DNA of 37,615 nt from an uncultured Dehalococcoidia bacterium. GTDB taxonomy: Bacteria > Chloroflexota > Dehalococcoidia > Lucifugimonadales > UBA3495. The notes under the pieces were generated by a model. That model did no database searches, was not told the DNA's origin, and saw only the letters and a program-made list of their open reading frames with translations. Made by a program: the position numbers and the translations under genes. Location of the stretch: contig CATMOE010000036.1 of assembly GCA_950072105.1 (NCBI GenBank), positions 1-37,615 on the forward strand, read 5' to 3'. The first letter of the stretch is position 1, and every line of letters starts with the position of its first letter. Shown in pieces: positions 17,786-25,511 of this stretch.

Positions 17786-18559
17786 CTACATCACCGAATA
17801 GCCACCGTCCACGGTGATCACGGCTCCGGTCACGTAGTCCGAGGCGCGGCTGCATAGGAAGACTACCGTGCCTTGCAGTTCCTCCGGCTCTCCCCAACGC
17901 CCGTAGGGGATGCGGCGGCTGATCAGGTCGTACCGTTCCGGCTGGTTTGCCGGCACTGCGGCGGTCAGATCGGTCATGAACCAGCCGGGCAAGATCGCGT
18001 TGGACTGGATCTTGTCCTTGGCCCAGGCGACGGCCAGGCTCTTGGAAAGCTGCACTAGACCTCCCTTGCTGGAGGAATAGGGGGCCCCGCTGCCGCCGCC
18101 CCCGAACAGGGAAAACATGGAGCCGATGTTGATTATCTTTCCCCCGCCCTGGCTTTTCATGTGGGGGTAAACGGCCTTTGCGGCTAGGAATCCGGCCCGC
18201 AGGTTCACGTCCATCACTTGGTCCCACTCGTCCGCCGCCAGATCTTGGGGTTCCTTGCGGAAGGTCATGCCGGCGTTGTTCACCAGGATATCAACCCGGC
18301 CATAGGCTTCGATCGTTTGAGCCACCATGTTGCCGATATCGGCTTCCTGGCTAACATCGGTGTTCACGCCGGTGGCTTGCACCCCCAATCCTTGGATCTG
18401 GCTCAGCGCCTCCGACGTCTTGTCGGTGTTGCGGGCGGCCACGACAATGTTTGCGCCCGCGCCGGCAAGCCCCAGGGCCATGGCCAAGCCCAACCCACCG
18501 TTGCCCCCGGTGACGATGGCCACTTTGCCGCTTAGGTCAAACAGGTCCGATGGTTTCAT
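17786..18559 (-). CDS. Short-chain dehydrogenase/reductase (KduD/gluconate 5-dehydrogenase-like)
   Basis: TGGNGGLG, VNNAG, NIGS, YSSSK, NAILPG and VDGG. Confidence 0.92.
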   Translation of the reverse strand: MKPSDLFDLSGKVAIVTGGNGGLGLAMALGLAGAGANIVVAARNTDKTSEALSQIQGLGVQATGVNTDVSQEADIGNMVAQTIEAYGRVDILVNNAGMTFRKEPQDLAADEWDQVMDVNLRAGFLAAKAVYPHMKSQGGGKIINIGSMFSLFGGGGSGAPYSSSKGGLVQLSKSLAVAWAKDKIQSNAILPGWFMTDLTAAVPANQPERYDLISRRIPYGRWGEPEELQGTVVFLCSRASDYVTGAVITVDGGYSVM

Positions 18560-18618
18560 TTAAACCTCTTGATCCTGGTCAGGATATGTCCAGCGCGTAT
18601 TGTGACATTGGGAGACTC

Positions 18619-19044
18619 TTAGATGTCTCGAAGATATCTACTCATGCTTTCGTGAAGCTGGTAGCCGGCCGAGTTCCAAAATCCGGTGGCCCAGGGATGG
18701 TCCTTCTCCACCAGGGCGGTGATTCGGTGGCAGCCTTGCTCCCCCATCCATTTCTCGGCGCCGTCCACCAGCATTCGGGCCACGCCACGGCGGCGAACTG
18801 CGGGCGAAACTGCAAGCCGATAAACCTCGCCGCGCCAACCGTCGAAAGTCCCGATGATGGTGTCGACGATGTTTCCCTTAGATTCCGCCACCAAAAACAA
18901 GGCGGCGCTGTGATTAATGGCGACTTTTACTTGCTCTAACGAGTCGGTGGGGCTGGCGACAACGTCGCCAGCCTGCCGCCATAGATCCAAGACCGCCTGA
19001 CCCTCATCCTCGCGGCATTCCCTGAGATGTATTTCGTCGGCCAT
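18619..19044 (-). CDS. GNAT acetyltransferase (YpeA-like)
   Basis: FDGWRG..YRLAV.P..RRRGVA acetyl-CoA motif, A.GFW...GY. ATG at 19044 is the likely start. Confidence 0.85.
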   Translation of the reverse strand: MADEIHLRECREDEGQAVLDLWRQAGDVVASPTDSLEQVKVAINHSAALFLVAESKGNIVDTIIGTFDGWRGEVYRLAVSPAVRRRGVARMLVDGAEKWMGEQGCHRITALVEKDHPWATGFWNSAGYQLHESMSRYLRDI

Positions 19045-19105
19045 GCCTGACAGTCTCCAGCCTTTCAACGATGCTTGGAATCTATCGAGCCGGCGGTGTC
19101 AACTC

Positions 19106-21787
19106 CTAGGGCTCTCGCAGATTATATATGAACTCCAGGTCGCCGATTCTATTCCTCACTGTGTTTTCACGGGCGTTGACTTCTCCCAGCATGGCGTTGG
19201 CTTGTTGCAGGGTGGCGGAGTTTCTGAAACCGGCGTTGATGCCCTGCACCAAGAGACTTTCCATGTCTGCGATCTCGCCGAGCATATTGTTGGCCTCGTT
19301 CTGATTGGGCTGAGCCCTTTGTTCCGTTGAGACACCAGACCTGAATTCATTCCCACGGGTGTTGATCTCAGCGATCATGGCGTTGCCTTGATCGAGCTTA
19401 GCGGAATCGTTGGTCTGGGCAAATTCCAGCTCAATGGTTAGCCACTGAACGTACTTTTTCAGGTAGGTTGTACCCTGGAGTTGCAGGGCTTGAAGCCGGG
19501 AGGGCGGTGTGAAAGTGTCCATCTGACTCAGCAGCGATTCAGAGTCGGATACGAGACCTTCAGCTGCAGAGATCCGCTGGGATGAAGAACCTGTGCTCTG
19601 AATGGATTTCGAGCGGCGGGAGGAGATTCCATCTACCTCGGTGATGATACCGGTCAGGAGACGCAGATATACTTCCTCCCGCTGCTGCTCTAGTTCGAGG
19701 TTCAGGAATTGGATGTATCTGTCCAGGAAGGCAAGCTCCTGAAGTTGAAGCGCGTTCAGGCTTGGTGGCGGCGGCGCGTCTAGTAATTGCCGCACCAACG
19801 TTTCAGCGTCTGCCACCAAGCCCGGTTTGGCCGTCACCCGCTGCCCGGGAGGCGCTCCACCCTGAATGTCCTCGGACCTGAGCCGGGAGATCGAATCTAC
19901 CGAGCTGATGATGTCTCCGAGAAATACCAGGTATTCCTGGTCCAACAGGTGCTCTAATTCAAGGGTGAGTAACCTGACGAACCGTTCCATGAAGCGCGCG
20001 GCATCATCGTGCAGTGGGCGCAGTTCCGGCGGTGGGGACAGGTTTCCTATTCGGGCCAACAGGTCCTCCGCGTCGGCCACCAAGACTCTCTTGGTTGCCA
20101 CCCGTTCCGAGGGAGGCGCGTCACTCGCTAGATCTACCGAACGGAGGTCTCCGATCGACGCTTTGCCCGACATGATATCGTTCAGGCTTCGGGTGTATTC
20201 GGCGATCCGAGTTCGCTCCGGATCTTCCCAACTCTTCAACCATAGGGCGAATTGCCGCTCAAAAGCCGGGTATTCGACGCCAACGATCTCGGAAAAAACC
20301 TCGGACAAAGTAGCGCCTTGCCCCATCCGCGTCATCATGTCTATCGGGGTGGATTTTCCATAAGTTTCGGCAAGGTATCGCACCGCCATGTGTGACTGGG
20401 CGTACTGTAAGTCGATTCGGTCATCTTCGGTTTGGCTGTTCCAGGCGTCTTGATCTTCCAGGTTGGTCAGGACCAGCAGATCGCCTGACTGGGCTGCGTT
20501 TTTGGCTAGCGTGGCACTGCGGTACAACGGGTGCTTGGTGGCGATAGCCCGATCTCCGGAGACGTTGATAAGGTACTCGTAGTACGTGGCGGTGCCTTCG
20601 TTAAGCCACGATGGCAAGTCCACCGGGCCGACTGTCTCGGAAAGGGCCAAGTGAATATATTCGTGGGTGAGCAATCGCTGGATGCCGGTGAGCAGAGAGT
20701 CGGTGTGCATGTAAACACCCGAGTCTTCACCGGCGCTACGGTAGTATCCATCGGCAAAACCCAACGTCGACCCGGTGCTCTCGCTTACCTGTTTTAGAAG
20801 CTCCAGATCGGCAACCAGGTAGATGGTTGGTGTCTGGTCACTCTGAAGACCCGAAAGGCCGCGCAGACTATCGGTCACCAGCTTCAGGTGGTCTTGAAGG
20901 TCAACGGTAAGGGCTCCGGGCACGTTGCCTGTGTAATAGGTGTTTGACAGTGGACCTTGGTAAAGACGAAATTCGAGGCCTAGCGTCTTGGAGCCGATGG
21001 GCGTCAGGGTTAGCTGGTTCATCGGATAGGTCAATGTCGTGGTCGTGTCTTCTTGAGTCAGACGGACGGTCCATTCTCCCGCCTGGTCCCTGGTGCCGAT
21101 GCGGCGCCAACTGGCGCGGCCCTGGGCATCGGCGTACAAGCGGCGCTCCGTTACCGGATTACCGTTGGCATCGGTGAGATAGCTTTCGTACTCGGTGACC
21201 CACTCCGCCGGCTTCCCGGCTGGGTCGAAGAACTGGACCGTCACCCTTTCCCACGGGTCAAGCCCTTGCAAGGTGAAAAAGGCATCACGCCCGGAATAAG
21301 GTTCAGCTGGTTCGATGGCGAGTGAAAATTCCTGGGGCTCAAGAGTGCCGCCGGGTTCGGTTGGTGTGGGTCCTGGGCCTGCTTCCAGAGGTACTCTCGT
21401 AGGAGTAGGCGTGGGAACGAGGGTCGGAACCTGGACGTGAACGGGTGTGGCGGTGGGCATGGGTGCCGGCGTAGGCAGGGGAAGGGGCGCAGCTGGAGGC
21501 GCGAGTGTTGCCGTAGGCAAGGGGAGGGGCGTAGGGGGAGGCACGGTGGTGGCCGTGGGCTGCGGTGTGACCGTCGCCTGGGGTAGGGACGCTGTGGTGG
21601 GGTTGATCTGCGCCGGGGGGATAGATTGGGACGTAAGTGTGGACGCCGGAGCCGGGACCGCCGTCGTTGCCGCAGCGGTTGGAACAGCCTGTTGGGTAGT
21701 CGATTCAGGTGTTGGACTTGGCTGGGAGCACCCCGTCGACGCGAAAAGCGCCACGGCGGTCAGGGTGGCGGTCAGGCCCAATCTCAA
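19106..21787 (-). CDS. Putative lipoprotein: Pro/Thr-rich linker, Ig-like domain, gluzincin (MA-clan) metallopeptidase domain and helical repeat tail
   Basis: Signal peptide ending ASTG-C, about 130 aa of P/T-rich sequence, HEYIH...WLNEGTA.Y zinc motif, YAQS.MAV.YL and C-terminal repeats. AGGAG RBS before TTG. Confidence 0.8.
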   Translation of the reverse strand: MRLGLTATLTAVALFASTGCSQPSPTPESTTQQAVPTAAATTAVPAPASTLTSQSIPPAQINPTTASLPQATVTPQPTATTVPPPTPLPLPTATLAPPAAPLPLPTPAPMPTATPVHVQVPTLVPTPTPTRVPLEAGPGPTPTEPGGTLEPQEFSLAIEPAEPYSGRDAFFTLQGLDPWERVTVQFFDPAGKPAEWVTEYESYLTDANGNPVTERRLYADAQGRASWRRIGTRDQAGEWTVRLTQEDTTTTLTYPMNQLTLTPIGSKTLGLEFRLYQGPLSNTYYTGNVPGALTVDLQDHLKLVTDSLRGLSGLQSDQTPTIYLVADLELLKQVSESTGSTLGFADGYYRSAGEDSGVYMHTDSLLTGIQRLLTHEYIHLALSETVGPVDLPSWLNEGTATYYEYLINVSGDRAIATKHPLYRSATLAKNAAQSGDLLVLTNLEDQDAWNSQTEDDRIDLQYAQSHMAVRYLAETYGKSTPIDMMTRMGQGATLSEVFSEIVGVEYPAFERQFALWLKSWEDPERTRIAEYTRSLNDIMSGKASIGDLRSVDLASDAPPSERVATKRVLVADAEDLLARIGNLSPPPELRPLHDDAARFMERFVRLLTLELEHLLDQEYLVFLGDIISSVDSISRLRSEDIQGGAPPGQRVTAKPGLVADAETLVRQLLDAPPPPSLNALQLQELAFLDRYIQFLNLELEQQREEVYLRLLTGIITEVDGISSRRSKSIQSTGSSSQRISAAEGLVSDSESLLSQMDTFTPPSRLQALQLQGTTYLKKYVQWLTIELEFAQTNDSAKLDQGNAMIAEINTRGNEFRSGVSTEQRAQPNQNEANNMLGEIADMESLLVQGINAGFRNSATLQQANAMLGEVNARENTVRNRIGDLEFIYNLREP

Positions 21788-21982
21788 GGCTTACTCCTGA
21801 TCAGACTGAACAACCAGTGCCGCTCAGTTGGTGGGAATGAAGGCGGAGCCTATAGGTGCCAGTGTATGGGGAGTCCTTTGTCTATGTCAAAGACGTGGCG
21901 AGTGGTCTATCGCCTGTGGCCCTTGGGAAGGTCCCGTGATAGGATAGGCGCGGCCGGTCTCGGAAGTTTAGGAGGAATGGCA

Positions 21983-23089
21983 ATGGCATCGGAAAAGATC
22001 CGCTTGGGAGTTATCGGAGCCAATATAAGCGTAGGATGGGCCCACCGGTCCCACCTGCCGGCGCTGCTGGCCAGTCCGGAATTTGAACTGACCGCGGTTT
22101 GCACCACGAAGCGGGAGAGTTCGGAAGAGTCGGCGGCCAAATTTGGCGCGCGCATGGCGTTCCATGACCATAACGAGATGCTGGCAAGCCCCGAGATAGA
22201 CGCCGTGGCCGTCGTTGTGAGGGTGCCTAACCATTACGATTTAACCAAGGACGTATTGAACGCCGGGAAGCACGTTTACACCGAGTGGCCTTTGGGAGCC
22301 ACCCTGGACGAAGCCAAAGAACTGGCTGAATTGGCCCGGTCCAAAGGACTGCAGGCCATGGTCGGGCTTCAGGCGCGGGCGGCCCCGGCCATGTTGTACA
22401 TGAAGGAGTTGGTGGAGTCGGGTTACGTCGGAGAGGTGATGTCCTGTCATGTGAGCCTGATCCGCGGCGGCGTCCTGGAACGCACGTCGGGACGTACCTG
22501 GCAGCGGGACGATAGCTTGGGAGCGACGACCCTGACCATTGCCTGCGGACATACCATTGATGCTCTCAGGTTTGTGGTGGGGGATTTCAGCGACGTTTCT
22601 ACGGTCGTGTCCACCCAGGCCCCACAATGGTATGAGACGGACACCCAACGGATGGTGGATGTTACCGCCCCGGACAACATCCTGGTCAGTGGAAAGTTGG
22701 ACAACGGCGGCGTGGCTTCGGTCCACGTGGCCGTAGTGCCGATGAGCGACAGCGGATTGCGCATGGAAGTCTACGGCCGTGAAGGGACGTTGGTGGCCGA
22801 CTCGGACGACTCGCCCCAGTTGGGCGACGTGCGGCTGAGGGGAGCCAAGACAGGTGACGCCGGCCTGCAGGACCTGGAGATTCCGTCGCGACACGTTTAC
22901 GTGCTTGAGGGGATGCCTAAGGGAGAGCCCTACAACGTGGGGCAGATGTACTACCAGTTCGGCCAGGCCATCAAGTCCGGTACTCCCTGCGAACCCAACT
23001 TCGACACGGCGGTTGAGCTGCACCGGTTCCTTGACGCCATCCGTGAATCGTCGGACCAGGGACGTCAGGCCGCGGTTCCGACCGCGTAG
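21983..23089 (+). CDS. Gfo/Idh/MocA family oxidoreductase
   Basis: RLGVIGA, H.PAL, AGKHVYTEWPLG, GLQAR and GHTID. AGGAGG RBS at 21970 fixes the start near 21983. Confidence 0.92.
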   Translation: MASEKIRLGVIGANISVGWAHRSHLPALLASPEFELTAVCTTKRESSEESAAKFGARMAFHDHNEMLASPEIDAVAVVVRVPNHYDLTKDVLNAGKHVYTEWPLGATLDEAKELAELARSKGLQAMVGLQARAAPAMLYMKELVESGYVGEVMSCHVSLIRGGVLERTSGRTWQRDDSLGATTLTIACGHTIDALRFVVGDFSDVSTVVSTQAPQWYETDTQRMVDVTAPDNILVSGKLDNGGVASVHVAVVPMSDSGLRMEVYGREGTLVADSDDSPQLGDVRLRGAKTGDAGLQDLEIPSRHVYVLEGMPKGEPYNVGQMYYQFGQAIKSGTPCEPNFDTAVELHRFLDAIRESSDQGRQAAVPTA

Positions 23090-23100
23090 GCGTACGTCGG

Positions 23101-23574
23101 TTACTGGCGGCGGGGCCGGTTCCGCCTGCTCATCGTCCGGTGCCGGGTCGTCGTTCTGTCCCGAAAGTGGGTGATTACCGGGAGGATGACCTCGGCATAG
23201 AGATGGGCCTTGCCCCTGATTTGGTAACCCAGCCATTGGGTATATGCCGCGATGCCGGTGGCCTTAGGCTGCCATTCAACCGTCCACAACGTGCTGTCGT
23301 CCGCCGATTCGAATAGATCGTTACGGTCGGCCCATTTGGACTCATAAGCCCTCATGACGCGCCGGCTCGGATGTTCGTACTCGCAGCGCCAGGTGGGGTC
23401 ATCCTCGCTGGCCCCCTTGAAGATGTAGATTTCCCCTTCTTGCTCAACCAGTTCGCCGTGTTTTTCTTCTAGAGATTTGAGGTTAGCCGGTCCGCCGTCG
23501 GTGAAACCTGTGACGTGCTCGTATACCTGTTCAAGGGGTCCGGTAACGGTGATGTGGAATTTGTATGTAGGCAT
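23101..23574 (-). CDS. Hypothetical protein, SRPBCC/polyketide-cyclase-like fold
   Basis: ITVTGPLEQVYEHVT start, beta-rich core and a long C-terminal helix typical of SRPBCC. Arg-rich tail. Confidence 0.55.
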   Translation of the reverse strand: MPTYKFHITVTGPLEQVYEHVTGFTDGGPANLKSLEEKHGELVEQEGEIYIFKGASEDDPTWRCEYEHPSRRVMRAYESKWADRNDLFESADDSTLWTVEWQPKATGIAAYTQWLGYQIRGKAHLYAEVILPVITHFRDRTTTRHRTMSRRNRPRRQ

Positions 23575-23709
23575 GTGGGTCTTCGGTCACTCCCGCTAAC
23601 GCTGCGTTTGGCCCATTTTACGCCAATATGCGCTAGATACAATCCCCATTCCCAATCTTTAGATTCCCCGCCCAGCATGCCGCGTGGTAGAATCCGGGCG
23701 TAACTCGGA

Positions 23710-25497
23710 CAGGAGCAGCAACTCGGATTCACCACCGCCCCGGACGGGGTCAGTATCTGCTATGCCACGGTGGGCGAGGGGCCGCCGCTGGTCAAAGCGC
23801 CCAACTGGCTCAGCCACTTGGAGTACGACTGGCGCAGCCCGGTATGGCGGCACTGGTGGGAAGAATTGGCCCAGAACCACCGCCTCATCAGGTTCGATCA
23901 ACGGGGCATCGGATTATCGGATTGGAACGTGGAAGATATGTCCTTCGACGCTCGAGTCAGCGACTTGGAGACCGTGGTCGACGCCCTGGGCCTGGAAACG
24001 TTTGCTCTCTTGGGTATTTCTCAAGGCGGAGCGGCCGCGGCCGAATACTCGGTGAGGCATCCTGAAAGAGTTAATAAACTGATAATCTACGGAAGTTTTG
24101 CCGTTGGGAGTTCTAGTCGCAACGAGACACCGGAGCAAGCCGAAGAGAGGGAAGCTCTTGTTACGCTGATGAGGGTTGGTTGGGGAAGGAAAAATCCCGC
24201 TTACCGCCAGGTTTTCGCCACCAATTTCATGCCAGATGCAACTGCCGAGGACATGGACTCGTTCAACGAGTTGCAGCGAGCGTCTGCTTCTCCGGAAAAC
24301 GCGGTTAGGACAACTCGTGAGACAGCGCAGATCGACCTGAGGAACCGGATGCCCCAGATAACTGTTCCGACTCTGGTATTGCATGCTCGGGAAGACGGCC
24401 AGGTCCCCTTCGAGTTGGGACGTCAAGTGGCCGCTCTTATACCCGGAGTGCGGTTCGTCCCATTAGCCAGCAAAAACCATATTTTGCGGGAAGATGAGCC
24501 TGAATGGCCGGTTTTTCTATCCGAAGTTCGGGGTTTTCTCGGCGTCGGAGAGTCTGGCGCCCAGTCTGCTGTTGCCACCGGCCCGTCACAACTCGCCAGC
24601 GTCTCGGTATCAACCGAGACCGGTGATGAAGTGGAAGCTCTTTCGCTTATCTCAGGAATGGACGACGTGTCCCTCGGGCGCTTCAGCGTGGTTCCCGGCT
24701 ATGCCAAGTTTGACGAGGTTACCCGCAATGTGTTGAAGGATGCCCGTCAAAAGATCGCCGAGGGTATCGGCCGACCCACGGGCAAGCGGGAAAACCACCT
24801 TTTTTGGGCAGCGCCGGGCAGTGGGAAGACCTATTTCGCCGTACAGACCGTCGCGTCCCTCCCCGGCAACGTTCTCTACCACGAGTTGAACCTGGCCAAG
24901 CTGACCGAGCCGGAGCTCCTTGCCGGGCTTCGTGACATGGATGATTTCACCGACCCGTGCCTCTGCTTGATCGATGAAGTCGACGCCAAGCCCGAAGAGG
25001 TGTGGCCGTATGAAGTCTTGCTGCCGTATCTGGACGCCGCTGTGGAGCGGAACGCCCGGTTCGTGTTCGTTATGGCGGGCAGTTCCGGCTCCAGCGTCAG
25101 CGAGATGAAACAGAGGATCGCCGCCAGGCCCAAAGGGACCGACATGTTGAGCCGCATCCCCGGCGGCAATGAGTACCAGATCCCCGCCATGGGGGTGGGC
25201 GACCGGGTGCTGGTGGCGCTCAGCCAGTTCCTGCAGGCGGGAAAAGAAGCCGGCAAAGAAGTGCAGTCTGTGGAGAAGCTGGGGCTCTACTTTGTGGCCA
25301 CCACACCCCGCCTGGCCAACGCCCGCCAACTACGGGAGTTCGCGGTACGTGCGGTGGAACGCATGCCTCTTGGAGAAGACCGGATAAAGTACGATCACCT
25401 GTTCGGGGCCGGAGACCCAGAGAACAAGACCTTTTGGGCTCAATCTTCGCCGGTGGCAGGGGACCTGGCAAACCGCTATGTGGCAGTGCGGGAGTAG
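23710..25497 (+). CDS. Alpha/beta hydrolase fused to a C-terminal AAA+-like P-loop NTPase domain
   Basis: Hydrolase: NWLSHL, FDQRG.G.SD, GISQGG, D..VP and NH. NTPase: AAPGSGKT and LCLIDEVD. Family-like sequence (EQQLGFTTAPDGVSICYA) extends upstream of the GTG at 23770 to about 23710, but there is no start codon there. Confidence 0.8.
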   Translation, partial: QEQQLGFTTAPDGVSICYATVGEGPPLVKAPNWLSHLEYDWRSPVWRHWWEELAQNHRLIRFDQRGIGLSDWNVEDMSFDARVSDLETVVDALGLETFALLGISQGGAAAAEYSVRHPERVNKLIIYGSFAVGSSSRNETPEQAEEREALVTLMRVGWGRKNPAYRQVFATNFMPDATAEDMDSFNELQRASASPENAVRTTRETAQIDLRNRMPQITVPTLVLHAREDGQVPFELGRQVAALIPGVRFVPLASKNHILREDEPEWPVFLSEVRGFLGVGESGAQSAVATGPSQLASVSVSTETGDEVEALSLISGMDDVSLGRFSVVPGYAKFDEVTRNVLKDARQKIAEGIGRPTGKRENHLFWAAPGSGKTYFAVQTVASLPGNVLYHELNLAKLTEPELLAGLRDMDDFTDPCLCLIDEVDAKPEEVWPYEVLLPYLDAAVERNARFVFVMAGSSGSSVSEMKQRIAARPKGTDMLSRIPGGNEYQIPAMGVGDRVLVALSQFLQAGKEAGKEVQSVEKLGLYFVATTPRLANARQLREFAVRAVERMPLGEDRIKYDHLFGAGDPENKTFWAQSSPVAGDLANRYVAVRE

Positions 25498-25511
25498 GCC
25501 GGTTCACCAGG

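Noticed and set aside
21340..21720. Repetitive GC-rich DNA as a tandem repeat or CRISPR array
   Set aside because: Explained by the Pro/Thr-rich coding linker. There are no identical repeats with spacers.
21626..21982. N-terminal extension of the Gfo/Idh/MocA ORF
   Set aside because: Overlaps the opposite-strand lipoprotein gene. The RBS and the family N-terminus point to 21983.
22241..23236. 331-aa antisense ORF and similar shadow ORFs (e.g. 2389-3042, 3328-4038, 24652-25329)
   Set aside because: They lie opposite well-supported genes, show no motifs, and are expected in GC-rich DNA.
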